Part shown: positions 9,663 through 19,889 of the stretch, one piece after another | How positions within the stretch are numbered: position 1 is the stretch's first letter | Layout of the letters: the number at the start of each line of letters is the position of its first letter | Assembly: GCA_965658355.1 (NCBI GenBank) | Contig: CBFHRX010000001.1 | Coordinates: forward strand, 4,637-68,636 | Reading direction: 5' to 3' | Length of the DNA stretch: 64,000 bases | DNA from: Flavobacteriaceae bacterium | GTDB taxonomy: Bacteria; Bacteroidota; Bacteroidia; Flavobacteriales; Flavobacteriaceae | Notes under the pieces: generated by a model | Databases searched by the model: none | Told to the model about the DNA's origin: nothing | What the model saw: only the letters and a program-made list of their open reading frames with translations | Position numbers and translations under genes: made by a program

Positions 9663-11450
9663 ATGAAAGAGAGTCCTCAAACTCAGAAAGCCTGGTATCC
9701 TGAAATTCCACTGCCACAAACTGTTGTGCATTATTGTGAACAATATGGAATTCAACACATTATAATTTCAGCAGGGTCAAGAAACGCTCCGCTCACCAAT
9801 GGTTTTGTTGAAAATCCTTTCTTCAAAACGTACAGTATAGTGGACGAAAGAGCGGCTGCATTTTTTGGTTTGGGTATCGCCCAACAGCTCCAAAAGCCTG
9901 TTGCCCTTGTTTGCACCTCTGGGTCGGCCCTTTTAAATTATTATCCAGCAGTAGCAGAAGCCTATTATTCTAAAATACCATTGGTAGTGATTTCAGCAGA
10001 TCGAATGCCCCATCGAATTGACATAGGGGATGGGCAGACTATTCAGCAGGCTGGTGTATTTGGTCCTCATCTGGTCGGAGCCACAGACTTAAAGCCCGAT
10101 GTCATTCACGCTACGGCTACCTTGCTTGAAAGCCCCCTGCAACACTTAATTTCTCCTACAGCCAGTCCCGAAGAGGTAGAGGCGGTGCAGCAGAAGCACC
10201 AATTGCACAATGAAACTCAACTACAAAAAATACTTGGAGTTGCGTCTCAAAAAAAAGGCCCGGTACATCTAAATGTCCCAATGGAAGAGCCTTTGTATGG
10301 AATGACACAAAAGCCACTCTCTTTTAGTCCTGTAAAAAAAATAGCCGTTGTAAAAACACAAAACGCTTTTGATGCTCTAGCCCTAAAGTGGTCGAAGGCA
10401 AAGAAGAAAATGCTATTGGTGGGGGTGATGCCTCCTGATCCAAAATGGCAATCCCTATTGGAAAAATTGACATCAGATCCTTCTGTTGTATTGCTGACTG
10501 AGAAAACCTCAAACTTGCAATATCCCAAAACAATACGTGCTATTGACTGCTTAATGGCCCCTATGGAATTGGATGAAAATACTTTTAACACGGATCTGCA
10601 ACCGGATCTGTTGGTCACTTTTGGAGGCATGATAGTGTCAAAAAAAATAAAAGCCTATTTGCGTAAGTTTCCAGCAAGCGATCACTATCATATTGATCCG
10701 ATTAACGCCTATGATACCTTTTATCATTTGACAGAACACATTAAAGCGTCTCCTATATTCGTATTAGAAAGCCTGCTCCTTGCGTCACCAAAACTAGATT
10801 CTCATTATCAGGCGAATGTTCTTGAACGTTACTCCCATTATCTGGAAAAAGGGAAGGATTATTTGCAATCGCTCCCGTTCTCTGATTTAAAAGTATTTCA
10901 AACCCTCTTTCAAAAGCTCCCAGAAAATAGCAACTTACAAATAGCCAATAGCTCACCTATTCGCTATGCACAATTGTTTGATCTTCCTTCTCTAGTCAAT
11001 GTGTATTGCAATCGAGGAACGAGTGGAATCGATGGAAGTACAGCGACTTCTATAGGGGCGGCGCAAATCAACCAAGCCCCTACTGTATTAGTAACAGGCG
11101 ATTTGAGTTTTTTTTATGACAGCAATGGACTTTGGAATAACTACATCCCAAAGGATTTTCGCATTGTATTGATCAACAATAATGGAGGGGGGATATTCCG
11201 AATATTACCCGGAGAAAAGGACAGCCCCAAGTACGATACCTATTTTGAAACCATCCATCAGCGATCGGCCCGACACATGGCAAAAATGCATGGCTTTTCC
11301 TATCAAAAAGTAAATAGTCAATGGAGCTTGAATTGGGCTTTAAAAGGGTTTTTTAAAACTTCTGCGAAACCCAAAATCCTAGAGATACAAACGCCGAGGA
11401 AAAGAAATGATACGATCTTATTGAATTACTTTAAGGCTATGGTCAAATAA
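9663..11450 (+). CDS. menD: 2-succinyl-5-enolpyruvyl-6-hydroxy-3-cyclohexene-1-carboxylate (SEPHCHC) synthase
   Basis: ThDP-enzyme motifs GSRNAPL, GTSGIDG and [13 protein letters not shown]...[11 protein letters not shown] at 9663 is preferred. The track start at 9558 would overlap menF by 83 nt. Confidence 0.9.
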   Translation: MKESPQTQKAWYPEIPLPQTVVHYCEQYGIQHIIISAGSRNAPLTNGFVENPFFKTYSIVDERAAAFFGLGIAQQLQKPVALVCTSGSALLNYYPAVAEAYYSKIPLVVISADRMPHRIDIGDGQTIQQAGVFGPHLVGATDLKPDVIHATATLLESPLQHLISPTASPEEVEAVQQKHQLHNETQLQKILGVASQKKGPVHLNVPMEEPLYGMTQKPLSFSPVKKIAVVKTQNAFDALALKWSKAKKKMLLVGVMPPDPKWQSLLEKLTSDPSVVLLTEKTSNLQYPKTIRAIDCLMAPMELDENTFNTDLQPDLLVTFGGMIVSKKIKAYLRKFPASDHYHIDPINAYDTFYHLTEHIKASPIFVLESLLLASPKLDSHYQANVLERYSHYLEKGKDYLQSLPFSDLKVFQTLFQKLPENSNLQIANSSPIRYAQLFDLPSLVNVYCNRGTSGIDGSTATSIGAAQINQAPTVLVTGDLSFFYDSNGLWNNYIPKDFRIVLINNNGGGIFRILPGEKDSPKYDTYFETIHQRSARHMAKMHGFSYQKVNSQWSLNWALKGFFKTSAKPKILEIQTPRKRNDTILLNYFKAMVK

Positions 11451-11476
11451 CTTATTTTTGTAAAAAAATAAAGTTG

Positions 11477-12292
11477 ATGAGAACATGGGAAACAATCACT
11501 GAGTACAGTGATATCAAGTTTGAATTTTTTGAAGGAATTGCTAAAATCACCATAAACCGACCAGAGGTTTACAATGCCTTTCGACCTGAGACAAACAATC
11601 AAATGTTGGAAGCAATGGATGTATGCCGCGAGCGTAATGACATCGATGTTGTTGTCTTTACAGGGGCTGGTGAGAAGGCTTTTTGTAGCGGTGGCGATCA
11701 AAATGTAAAAGGAGTAGGGGGCTATGTCGGTGAAGATGGGGTCCCAAGACTGAATGTGTTGGACTTACACAAAAAGATCCGAGAAATCCCCAAGCCTGTA
11801 ATTGCTATGGTAAATGGTTATGCCATTGGAGGCGGTCATGTTTTACATGTTGTCTGTGACATGACAATAGCCAGTGAGAATGCCATCTTTGGGCAGACAG
11901 GGCCAAAGGTAGGAAGTTTTGATGGCGGGTTTGGATCTTCTTATTTGGCGCGTCATGTAGGGCAAAAAAAGGCTCGTGAAATTTGGTTTTTGTGCCAGCA
12001 ATACTCCGCTCAAGAAGCTCAAGAAATGGGAATGGTTAACAAAGTAGTCCCTTTAGACAAGCTAGAAGATACCGTCGTAGAATGGTCTAAAATAATGCAG
12101 CAAAGGAGTCCATTGGCCTTGCGTATGGTCAAGCGTTGTTTAAATGCAGAGTTAGACGGACAGCACGGACTGATGCAACTTGCCGGTGACGCTACGTTGA
12201 TGTATTATCTAATGGACGAAGCCCAAGAAGGAAAACAAGCCTTTTTAGAAAAACGCGCTCCTGATTTTAAACAATATCCCAAATTCCCTTAA
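11477..12292 (+). CDS. menB: 1,4-dihydroxy-2-naphthoyl-CoA synthase
   Basis: Crotonase-fold motifs [22 protein letters not shown] and [10 protein letters not shown], with a C-terminal KR.PDF..YP tail typical of MenB. Confidence 0.95.
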   Translation: MRTWETITEYSDIKFEFFEGIAKITINRPEVYNAFRPETNNQMLEAMDVCRERNDIDVVVFTGAGEKAFCSGGDQNVKGVGGYVGEDGVPRLNVLDLHKKIREIPKPVIAMVNGYAIGGGHVLHVVCDMTIASENAIFGQTGPKVGSFDGGFGSSYLARHVGQKKAREIWFLCQQYSAQEAQEMGMVNKVVPLDKLEDTVVEWSKIMQQRSPLALRMVKRCLNAELDGQHGLMQLAGDATLMYYLMDEAQEGKQAFLEKRAPDFKQYPKFP

Positions 12293-12293
12293 G

Positions 12294-13214
12294 GTGTCCA
12301 AGCCTTCTTCTCTCCAAGTATGGGTGTTGGCAGCAAGGTTGAGGACGTTACCGCTTTCCATAGCTGGCATCATAACAGGAAATGCACTTGCTCTAGAATC
12401 CGAAGCCTTTTCGTGGGTACTCTTTGCGGGCGCATTACTAACGGCCATTGCGTATCAAATTCTTTCAAATTTTGCGAATGACTATGGGGATGGAGTCAAA
12501 GGGACGGACAATGAGAATCGTATTGGACCCAAACGCGTACTGCAACAAAAATTAATTTCACCCAAGCAGCTCTACAATGCGATCATCATTACTGCCCTAG
12601 TAGCCTTTGCTCTTTCAGTCGCTCTTGTATATACCGCCTTCGGGATTGAAAACCTAAAGTGGATGGGGCTTTTTTTGGCTTTATCAGCCGCTGCAATTTG
12701 GGCAGCGTATCATTACACAGTTGGAGAAAGTGCTTATGGATATTATGCTTTGGGAGATGTCTTTGTCTTTCTTTTTTTTGGGTTTGTTGCTGTTGGAGGC
12801 GCCTATTTTTTGCAAACACAAAAGCTGACTGTTGAAGTCGTTTATTGGGCGATAGCAATAGGAGGATTAAGTGTTGGCGTATTGAATCTCAATAATATGC
12901 GCGATACAGAAAATGATGTACAGTCAAATAAAAAAACAATCGCCAATACCTTAGGCTTTAACAAGAGTAGGATGTATCACTATTTTCTACTTCTTATAAG
13001 CAACGTTTCATTGGTGTTCTCAATTCTTATCCACGATGATTTTGCGGGTATGGACACCTTACCACTTGTCATTGCAATCCCTCTTGGTATGCAGTCTTTT
13101 GGGATCTCCAAGGTGTCGAATCCAAGGGACTACGATTCCTATCTAAAGCCGTTGGCCCTGACTACCTTTATGTTATCACTTTTGCTTCTCATTAGTAAAG
13201 GGCTTGCGGCATGA
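12294..13214 (+). CDS. menA: 1,4-dihydroxy-2-naphthoate polyprenyltransferase
   Basis: UbiA-family multi-TM protein with NDYGDGVKGTD (NDxxD) and a second Asp-rich region, NNMRDTEND. GTG start 1 nt after the menB stop. Confidence 0.9.
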   Translation: MSKPSSLQVWVLAARLRTLPLSIAGIITGNALALESEAFSWVLFAGALLTAIAYQILSNFANDYGDGVKGTDNENRIGPKRVLQQKLISPKQLYNAIIITALVAFALSVALVYTAFGIENLKWMGLFLALSAAAIWAAYHYTVGESAYGYYALGDVFVFLFFGFVAVGGAYFLQTQKLTVEVVYWAIAIGGLSVGVLNLNNMRDTENDVQSNKKTIANTLGFNKSRMYHYFLLLISNVSLVFSILIHDDFAGMDTLPLVIAIPLGMQSFGISKVSNPRDYDSYLKPLALTTFMLSLLLLISKGLAA

Positions 13215-14239
13215 AAGCACGAGCCATTAAACACACCCTGCTTTTCAAGCGTCCAAGCGGAACTTCCCGTGGGGTTCTTACAGAAAAAGACACTTATTTT
13301 CTTGTTCTTGAAAAGAATGGGAAAAAGGGAATAGGGGAGTGTGCTTTGTTACGCGGTTTGAGTATGGATGATGTTCCTCAATACGAAGCAGTGCTAGAAG
13401 AATTATGTTTGCAATTGAATGCCGATGGTCTTACGGAATCCCTTTTGGAAAATTATCCGTCTCTTCAGATGGGACTAGAGATGGCAGTACGATCGTTGCA
13501 CTCCAAATCCCCATTTGAATTATATCCCTCTGATTTTACAAAAGCTAAAAAAGACATCTCGATTAACGGGCTCGTTTGGATGGGCACGTTTTCTTTTATG
13601 CAACAGCAAATAGAAGAAAAAATAGCTTCAGGCTTTACTTGTATTAAGCTAAAGATTGGGGCCATTGAATTTGAAAAAGAGCTTCGGCTATTAGAACAAA
13701 TTCGTTCTCAATTTCCAGCAGATCAAATTGAGATAAGGGTGGATGCAAATGGTGCTTTTTCTCCTGAATCAGCCCTGTCAAAGCTAAAAGAGTTGTCGGC
13801 TTTTGAGCTGCATTCGATTGAACAACCGATTGCGGTAAATCAGCTAGAAGAAATGAAAACCCTTTGCGCTACTACACCACTAGCAATTGCCTTGGATGAA
13901 GAGTTAATAGGCGTTCGTAGTGATCAAAAAGCAGAATTACTGGAGCGGGTTCAGCCCCAGTATATCATTTTAAAACCCTCTCTTCTTGGAGGTTTTAAAG
14001 CGACAAAAGAATGGATTGATTTAGCGGATAGACAAAATATTGGCTGGTGGATTACGAGTGCTTTAGAAAGTAATGTTGGGCTCAATGCTATTGCGCAATG
14101 GGCAGCCACCCTTTCAACAACAAGACCTCAAGGTTTGGGAACGGGAAGTCTCTTCACCAATAATTTTACAAGTCCTTTAACAGTTGAAAATGGTTACCTT
14201 CGTTACGATCTCAACACAGCATGGGAAGTAAATTTGTAA
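13211..14239 (+). CDS. menC: o-succinylbenzoate synthase (enolase superfamily)
   Basis: Motifs IKLKIG, RVDANGAF, SIEQP and ALDEEL supply the metal-ligand and catalytic-Lys pattern. ATGA overlap with menA. Confidence 0.85.
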   Translation: MKARAIKHTLLFKRPSGTSRGVLTEKDTYFLVLEKNGKKGIGECALLRGLSMDDVPQYEAVLEELCLQLNADGLTESLLENYPSLQMGLEMAVRSLHSKSPFELYPSDFTKAKKDISINGLVWMGTFSFMQQQIEEKIASGFTCIKLKIGAIEFEKELRLLEQIRSQFPADQIEIRVDANGAFSPESALSKLKELSAFELHSIEQPIAVNQLEEMKTLCATTPLAIALDEELIGVRSDQKAELLERVQPQYIILKPSLLGGFKATKEWIDLADRQNIGWWITSALESNVGLNAIAQWAATLSTTRPQGLGTGSLFTNNFTSPLTVENGYLRYDLNTAWEVNL

Positions 14240-14242
14240 ACT

Positions 14243-15139
14243 ATGTTTTTAGAGCAAGTCCGAAAACCTACCAATACTTTTTTTAGCTACTTACTAGGGG
14301 TTTTTATTTTGTTATTGTTTACCGTCATTGGTCAAATCCCTATTTCATATGCTATTATAGCCTATGCAGAGGGGGGAATAATCACCAGCGATCCAATAGC
14401 AATGTTAAATGCCATTCCGAGCAATCAGCGTCTTGTATTGCAACTCCTTCCCTTTGTGATAACCTTAATTGGGATGGTATTTATCAATCGGTTTTTGCAT
14501 CAGCAACCTTTTAAACTATTGGTAAGCAGTCGAAAATCCCCTGACTGGAATCGCGTCTTGTTTGCTTTTTGTGTGTGGGGAGGCAGTACGGCTTTGTTAT
14601 TAGGTGTCGGTTATTTGTTGGCCCCTGGTGATTATATTTTTAACTTTAAATGGACAACATTTTTACCTTTACTACTATTGGGGACACTCCTTATTCCCAT
14701 TCAAACATCTACAGAGGAAGTACTGTTTAGAGGCTATCTATTGCAGGGTTTTGGGGTGTTATTTAAAAACCGATGGGCGCCTTTACTAGCGACCTCCGTA
14801 TTGTTTGGGAGTTTGCATTTTGCCAACCCCGAAGTGGATGAATTTGGATTGGGGATTATGGTCTATTATATAGGGACTGGACTATTTTTAGGAGTCATCA
14901 CCTTAGTTGATGAAGGCTTGGAATTGGCCCTCGGCTTTCATGCGGCTAATAATCTTATTGGTGCGTTGTTGATGAGCTCTGAATGGACGGCTTTCCAGAC
15001 AGAATCAATCTTTATATTCACGGGACAGCCTAATCTTATGGGCGAAATCATACTGTCTTTAGGAATTTGCTACCCTCTTATTTTCTATTTGTTTAAAAGA
15101 AGGTACCAATGGACCGCTATCACTCAAAAATTGATCTAA
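14243..15139 (+). CDS. CPBP (CAAX/Abi) family intramembrane metalloprotease
   Basis: Multi-TM protein carrying all three family motifs: EEVLFRGYL (EExxxR), FGSLHF (FxxxH) and HAANN (HxxxN). It starts 3 nt after the menC stop. Confidence 0.85.
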   Translation: MFLEQVRKPTNTFFSYLLGVFILLLFTVIGQIPISYAIIAYAEGGIITSDPIAMLNAIPSNQRLVLQLLPFVITLIGMVFINRFLHQQPFKLLVSSRKSPDWNRVLFAFCVWGGSTALLLGVGYLLAPGDYIFNFKWTTFLPLLLLGTLLIPIQTSTEEVLFRGYLLQGFGVLFKNRWAPLLATSVLFGSLHFANPEVDEFGLGIMVYYIGTGLFLGVITLVDEGLELALGFHAANNLIGALLMSSEWTAFQTESIFIFTGQPNLMGEIILSLGICYPLIFYLFKRRYQWTAITQKLI

Positions 15140-15201
15140 AATCGAGCACATTATTCTGAAAGAAACTCCTTAGCAATTAATAGATCTTTAAAATACTGCA
15201 A

Positions 15202-16263
15202 ATGAAAATCCCTCATTATTCAAAAATCCACAATCGATTTAAAATAAACGGCCATCATTACGATCAGGGTGATTTGACCCAGGTGGCGTATAGCTTTATT
15301 AAAGAAGGGGACTCTTTTGAAGAAGTAATAGGTGTCTTTCTATTGGATTGGTTGGATGCGAGTGAAACGATAGAAGTTCAAACATCGGGCTCTACTGGGA
15401 AGCCAAAAAAAATAAAACTGGCCAAACAAGCGATGGTGAATTCTGCCGTTCGTACTGGTGATTTTTTTGATTTGCAAGTGGGTGCAAAGGCATTGCACTG
15501 TTTGCCAGTGGACTATATAGCCGGGAAAATGATGTTGGTTCGCGCCATGATACTTGGGCTGGATCTTTATATCGTTGAACCTAAAATCAATCTTAAATGG
15601 CCGCAAATGCGTTTTGATTTTTGTGCGATGATCCCCCTTCAAGCTCAAAGTGTATTGTCTAATCTTGCTGATATAAAAACACTTTTAATAGGTGGCGCAC
15701 CCATTCCTTCTACTCTTAAAAAGGAGTTGTTAAAGGGAGCGACAACTGTCTTTGAAACCTATGGTATGACAGAGACCATTACTCATATCGCCGTTGCAGC
15801 TGTTCATGAATCTACCTCCACCTTCGAGGTTCTCCCCGATATCCAAATATCAACGGACCAAGACGATTGTCTTATCATTGAGGCTCCTCATTTGTCTAAA
15901 GATCCTATTCACACCCAAGATATTGTCGCTTTAAAAGGGAACGATACATTCCAATTAATAGGCAGAAAAAATAATGTAGTCAACTCTGCTGGGAAAAAGT
16001 TTTTTCCGGAACAGTTGGAAAAACAATTCGTATCCCTTCAATCGCCTTTCTTCTTTACAGGAATTCCCGATGCCGAGCTGGGTCAAAAGTTGGTCTTAGT
16101 AGTAGAGTCAAGTTCGCTTCAAGAAAACGAGATAAAAGAATTGTTACTTTCAGATCTTGGCAGTGAAACGAATCGGTATGTAAAGGAGGTTTACACTTTA
16201 GAAGCATTTCGCTACACACCAACAGGAAAGATAGACCGTACTGCTACTGTAGCAATGCTATAG
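15202..16263 (+). CDS. menE: o-succinylbenzoate-CoA ligase, short ANL-family form (353 aa)
   Basis: AMP-binding P-loop TSGSTGKPK at residue 61, plus YGMTE and a C-terminal PTGKIDR. Last gene of the men cluster. Confidence 0.75.
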   Translation: MKIPHYSKIHNRFKINGHHYDQGDLTQVAYSFIKEGDSFEEVIGVFLLDWLDASETIEVQTSGSTGKPKKIKLAKQAMVNSAVRTGDFFDLQVGAKALHCLPVDYIAGKMMLVRAMILGLDLYIVEPKINLKWPQMRFDFCAMIPLQAQSVLSNLADIKTLLIGGAPIPSTLKKELLKGATTVFETYGMTETITHIAVAAVHESTSTFEVLPDIQISTDQDDCLIIEAPHLSKDPIHTQDIVALKGNDTFQLIGRKNNVVNSAGKKFFPEQLEKQFVSLQSPFFFTGIPDAELGQKLVLVVESSSLQENEIKELLLSDLGSETNRYVKEVYTLEAFRYTPTGKIDRTATVAML

Positions 16264-16265
16264 CC

Positions 16266-17900
16266 TTATACTTGAAGCAAACCCATATTGAATTTTTTTT
16301 CAATGGGAGCATTGTTGGCCGCTTCTATACCAAGAGATACCCATTTACGTGTGTCAGCCGGATTGATAATGGCATCCACCCACAAACGCGCGGCTGCATA
16401 GAGAGGTTTGGTTTGATTGCTGTAGCGATTCTCGATTTTTTCAAGCAGTTTTTTTTGCTCCTCTTCACTGATTTCTTTTCCCTTTTTCTTTTGTGCTGCC
16501 GCTTCAATTTGCAAAAGCACCTTGGCGGCTTGTGGACCTCCCATAACACCAATCTGTGCACTTGGCCAGGCCAAGATAAGTCTTGGGTCATAGGCCTTAC
16601 CACACATGGCATAATTTCCAGCACCGTAGGAATTCCCCATGATTACGGTGAATTTTGGGACTACAGAATTGGCAACAGCATTCACCATCTTAGCACCGTC
16701 TTTTATAATGCCCCCATGTTCAGATTTGCTGCCTACCATAAAGCCCGTTACATCTTGTAGAAACACTAAGGGAATTTTTCGTTGGTTGCAATTGGCAATA
16801 AAACGAGTCGCTTTATCAGCACTATCACTGTAGATAACCCCACCAAATTGCATTTCTCCCTTTGCATTTTTTGAGATTTGTCTTTGGTTGGCAACAATTC
16901 CTACAGACCATCCATCAATTCGGGCATAAGCTGTTATAAGTGTCTTCCCGTAATCGGGTTTGTAGGCCTCTAGGCTATTTTCATCTACTAAGCAGTCTAA
17001 AACATCAAAAGTATTGTAGGGTTGATTTCTCTCCCTGGGAAGTATTTTAACTAATTCTGTTGGCGGTTTACTCGGTTCTTTTCCTTCATTTCGATCAAAA
17101 CCTGCTTTTGGAGACGCTCCGATTCGGTCCATTAAGGTGCGAATGCGTTCAAGTGCGGCGGTATCGTTCTCGGCCTTATAATCCGTTACTCCGCTTATTT
17201 CACAATGTGTACTGGCACCACCCAGACTTTCATTGTCAATGCTCTCGCCAATAGCGGCTTTCACCAAATAACTTCCTGCTAGAAAGATACTGGCTGTCTT
17301 ATCTACAATCATCGCTTCATCAGACATTATAGGGAGGTAAGCACCACCTGCCACACAGCTCCCCATGATTGCGGAAATTTGTACAATCCCTTCTGCACTC
17401 ATTTGTGCATTGTTCCGAAAGATTCTCCCAAAATGGTCTTTGTCTGGAAAAATTTCGTCCTGCATTGGAAGGTATACTCCCGCACTGTCTACCAAGTAGA
17501 TGATTGGTAGCCTGTTTTCCATGGCTATTTCTTGGGCTCTAAGATTTTTTTTTCCGCTAATAGGAAACCAGGCTCCCGCTTTTACAGAAGCATCGTTGGC
17601 CACAATGACACTCAGGCGTCCAGCAATTTTACCAATGCCGCAAACGACGCCACCAGAGGGACAACCACCGGCTTCTTTATACATGTCATGGCCAGCGAAA
17701 CCCCCAATTTCAAAAAATGTTTCCCCTTTATCAACGAGAACGTCAATACGTTCGCGTGCCGTTAATTTTCCTGCTGCTTTGATCTTGTCGAGTCTCTTTT
17801 TACCTCCGCCTAGTTTGATTTTTGCAAACAGTTGCTGTAAGTCGCTTACTAGTAATTTATTAAAGTCTGAATTTTTTTCGGAAGTGAGATCCATGCTCAA
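16266..17900 (-). CDS. acyl-CoA carboxylase carboxyltransferase (beta) subunit, methylcrotonyl-/propionyl-CoA type
   Basis: 544 aa. Motifs GGGKKRLDKIKAAGKLTARERIDVL and GSCVAGGAYLP, with the two carboxyltransferase half-domains. Confidence 0.88.
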   Translation of the reverse strand: MSMDLTSEKNSDFNKLLVSDLQQLFAKIKLGGGKKRLDKIKAAGKLTARERIDVLVDKGETFFEIGGFAGHDMYKEAGGCPSGGVVCGIGKIAGRLSVIVANDASVKAGAWFPISGKKNLRAQEIAMENRLPIIYLVDSAGVYLPMQDEIFPDKDHFGRIFRNNAQMSAEGIVQISAIMGSCVAGGAYLPIMSDEAMIVDKTASIFLAGSYLVKAAIGESIDNESLGGASTHCEISGVTDYKAENDTAALERIRTLMDRIGASPKAGFDRNEGKEPSKPPTELVKILPRERNQPYNTFDVLDCLVDENSLEAYKPDYGKTLITAYARIDGWSVGIVANQRQISKNAKGEMQFGGVIYSDSADKATRFIANCNQRKIPLVFLQDVTGFMVGSKSEHGGIIKDGAKMVNAVANSVVPKFTVIMGNSYGAGNYAMCGKAYDPRLILAWPSAQIGVMGGPQAAKVLLQIEAAAQKKKGKEISEEEQKKLLEKIENRYSNQTKPLYAAARLWVDAIINPADTRKWVSLGIEAANNAPIEKKFNMGLLQV

Positions 17901-18023
17901 ATTTGTTTAAACAAAAATAGCAATTAAATAGTCCCATTCCGCGATTGTGTTTGACTTTCCTGTAAAAAGGAGAAACAAGACTTCTCAAAAAAACAACGAT
18001 ATTTGTGGGTTGAAACTGGATAC

Positions 18024-18203
18024 ATGAATTTGAACAAAAATAAAATATTTGGATACGCTGCCCTTGTCATGTTAGCAATAGGAATTGCAATTATTTTGGT
18101 AGGCGCCTATCTATACAAAGAATACGTAGTTGGATTTAGTCTTGTTGGAGTTGGTTTTATCGCTGTAGCATGGACCTTTAATGCCCTTAGGGGCCGAATA
18201 TAA
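18024..18203 (+). CDS. small two-TM membrane protein (59 aa)
   Basis: MNLNKNKIFGYAALVMLAIGIAIILVGAYLYKEYVVGFSLVGVGFIAVAWTF... contains two hydrophobic helices. Its TAA stop is directly followed by the ettA ATG. Confidence 0.5.
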   Translation: MNLNKNKIFGYAALVMLAIGIAIILVGAYLYKEYVVGFSLVGVGFIAVAWTFNALRGRI

Positions 18204-19889
18204 ATGGCAGAGGACAAAAAAATAATTTTTTCAATGTCGGGGGTTTCCAAAACCTTTTCAGGAGCCAACCGACCCGTACTTAAAGACATTTACTTAAGTT
18301 TCTTTTATGGTGCTAAGATTGGCATCTTAGGACTTAATGGATCTGGGAAGTCTACTTTGTTAAAAATCATTGCTGGGGTTGATAAATCGTATCAAGGTGA
18401 TGTTGTTTTTAACGCGGATTATAAGATTGGCTATCTGGAACAAGAGCCTCAAATGGAGGCTTCTAAAACTGTTTTAGAGGTTGTTAAAGAAGGTGTTTCT
18501 GATACGGTAGCAGTGCTGGATGAATACCATCAAATCAATGATCAATTTGGACTTCCTGAAGTTTATGAAAATGCAGATAAAATGCAGCAGCTGATGGACA
18601 GACAAGCAAAACTTCAAGATGAGATTGATGCGCGCAATGCTTGGGAATTGGATACACAGCTTGAAATCGCCATGGATGCCCTGCGTACACCCCCAGCAGC
18701 TACTTCTATTAGTACCCTTTCAGGAGGTGAAAGAAGACGTGTTGCCCTATGTCGATTATTACTTCAAAAGCCCGATATTCTTCTCTTAGACGAGCCTACT
18801 AACCATTTAGACGCGGAGTCGGTTCATTGGCTGGAATATCATTTGGCACAGTACAGTGGTACTGTAATTGCGGTTACGCACGATCGCTACTTCCTTGATA
18901 ATGTGGCCGGATGGATATTGGAATTGGATAGGGGAGAAGGAATCCCATGGAAAGGGAATTATTCCTCCTGGCTGGATCAAAAAGCCAAGCGATTGGCACA
19001 AGAGCAAAAGCAAGCTTCCAAGCGTCAGAAAACACTAGAAAGAGAGTTGGAATGGGTTCGTATGAATCCCAAAGGAAGACAGGCGAAACAAAAAGCACGT
19101 TTGAGTAATTATGACAAATTACTGAGCCAAGATCAGAAAGCAACAGAAGAAAAATTAGAGATCTATATTCCGAACGGCCCCCGTTTAGGAACTGAAGTCA
19201 TTGAAGCAAAAGGGGTCAAAAAAGCGTTTGGGGATAAACTGCTTTATGAAGATTTATCTTTCCGTTTACCACAAGCGGGTATTGTTGGGGTTATTGGGCC
19301 TAATGGGGCCGGTAAAACCACTCTGTTTAAATTGATTTTAGATCAATTAGCGCCCGATGCAGGAAGTTTTTCGCTTGGCGAAACTGTTAAAGTAGCCTAT
19401 GTAGATCAATCACATGATTCTATAGATGCTGAAAAGTCCATTTGGGAGAATTTCAGTGACGGGCAAGACTTGATTATGATGGGTGGAAAGCAAGTCAATT
19501 CCCGTGCTTATTTGAGTAGGTTTAATTTTAGTGGGAATGAGCAAAATAAAAAAGTTTCTTCCCTGTCCGGAGGGGAGCGCAACCGCCTGCATTTGGCAAT
19601 GGCGCTTAAAGAAGAAGGGAATGTTCTCCTTTTGGATGAGCCTACCAACGACTTGGATGTAAACACGCTTAGAGCGCTAGAAGAAGGCTTGGAAAACTTT
19701 GCGGGTTGTGGAGTGGTTATTTCTCACGACCGTTGGTTTTTAGATCGAATTTGCACACATATCTTGGCTTTTGAAGGCGATTCGCAAGTGTATTTCTTTG
19801 AGGGATCTTATTCCGATTACGAAGAAAACAAACGCAGTCGCTTGGGAACAGAGCTAAGTCCCAAAAGGATTAAATACAAGAAAATTTAG
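18204..19889 (+). CDS. ettA: energy-dependent translational throttle protein EttA (ABC-F ATPase)
   Basis: Two ABC cassettes (GLNGSGKST/LSGGERRRV and GPNGAGKTT/LSGGERNRL) with no TM domains. 561 aa. The N-terminus IFSMSGVSK is typical of EttA. Confidence 0.92.
   Translation: MAEDKKIIFSMSGVSKTFSGANRPVLKDIYLSFFYGAKIGILGLNGSGKSTLLKIIAGVDKSYQGDVVFNADYKIGYLEQEPQMEASKTVLEVVKEGVSDTVAVLDEYHQINDQFGLPEVYENADKMQQLMDRQAKLQDEIDARNAWELDTQLEIAMDALRTPPAATSISTLSGGERRRVALCRLLLQKPDILLLDEPTNHLDAESVHWLEYHLAQYSGTVIAVTHDRYFLDNVAGWILELDRGEGIPWKGNYSSWLDQKAKRLAQEQKQASKRQKTLERELEWVRMNPKGRQAKQKARLSNYDKLLSQDQKATEEKLEIYIPNGPRLGTEVIEAKGVKKAFGDKLLYEDLSFRLPQAGIVGVIGPNGAGKTTLFKLILDQLAPDAGSFSLGETVKVAYVDQSHDSIDAEKSIWENFSDGQDLIMMGGKQVNSRAYLSRFNFSGNEQNKKVSSLSGGERNRLHLAMALKEEGNVLLLDEPTNDLDVNTLRALEEGLENFAGCGVVISHDRWFLDRICTHILAFEGDSQVYFFEGSYSDYEENKRSRLGTELSPKRIKYKKI

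Noticed and set aside
13027-13035. TTATCCACg, the best DnaA-box-like 9-mer in the window (1 mismatch).
   Set aside because: It is a single isolated copy inside the menA coding region, 26 kb from dnaA, with no neighbouring boxes or AT-rich unwinding element. This is expected by chance.
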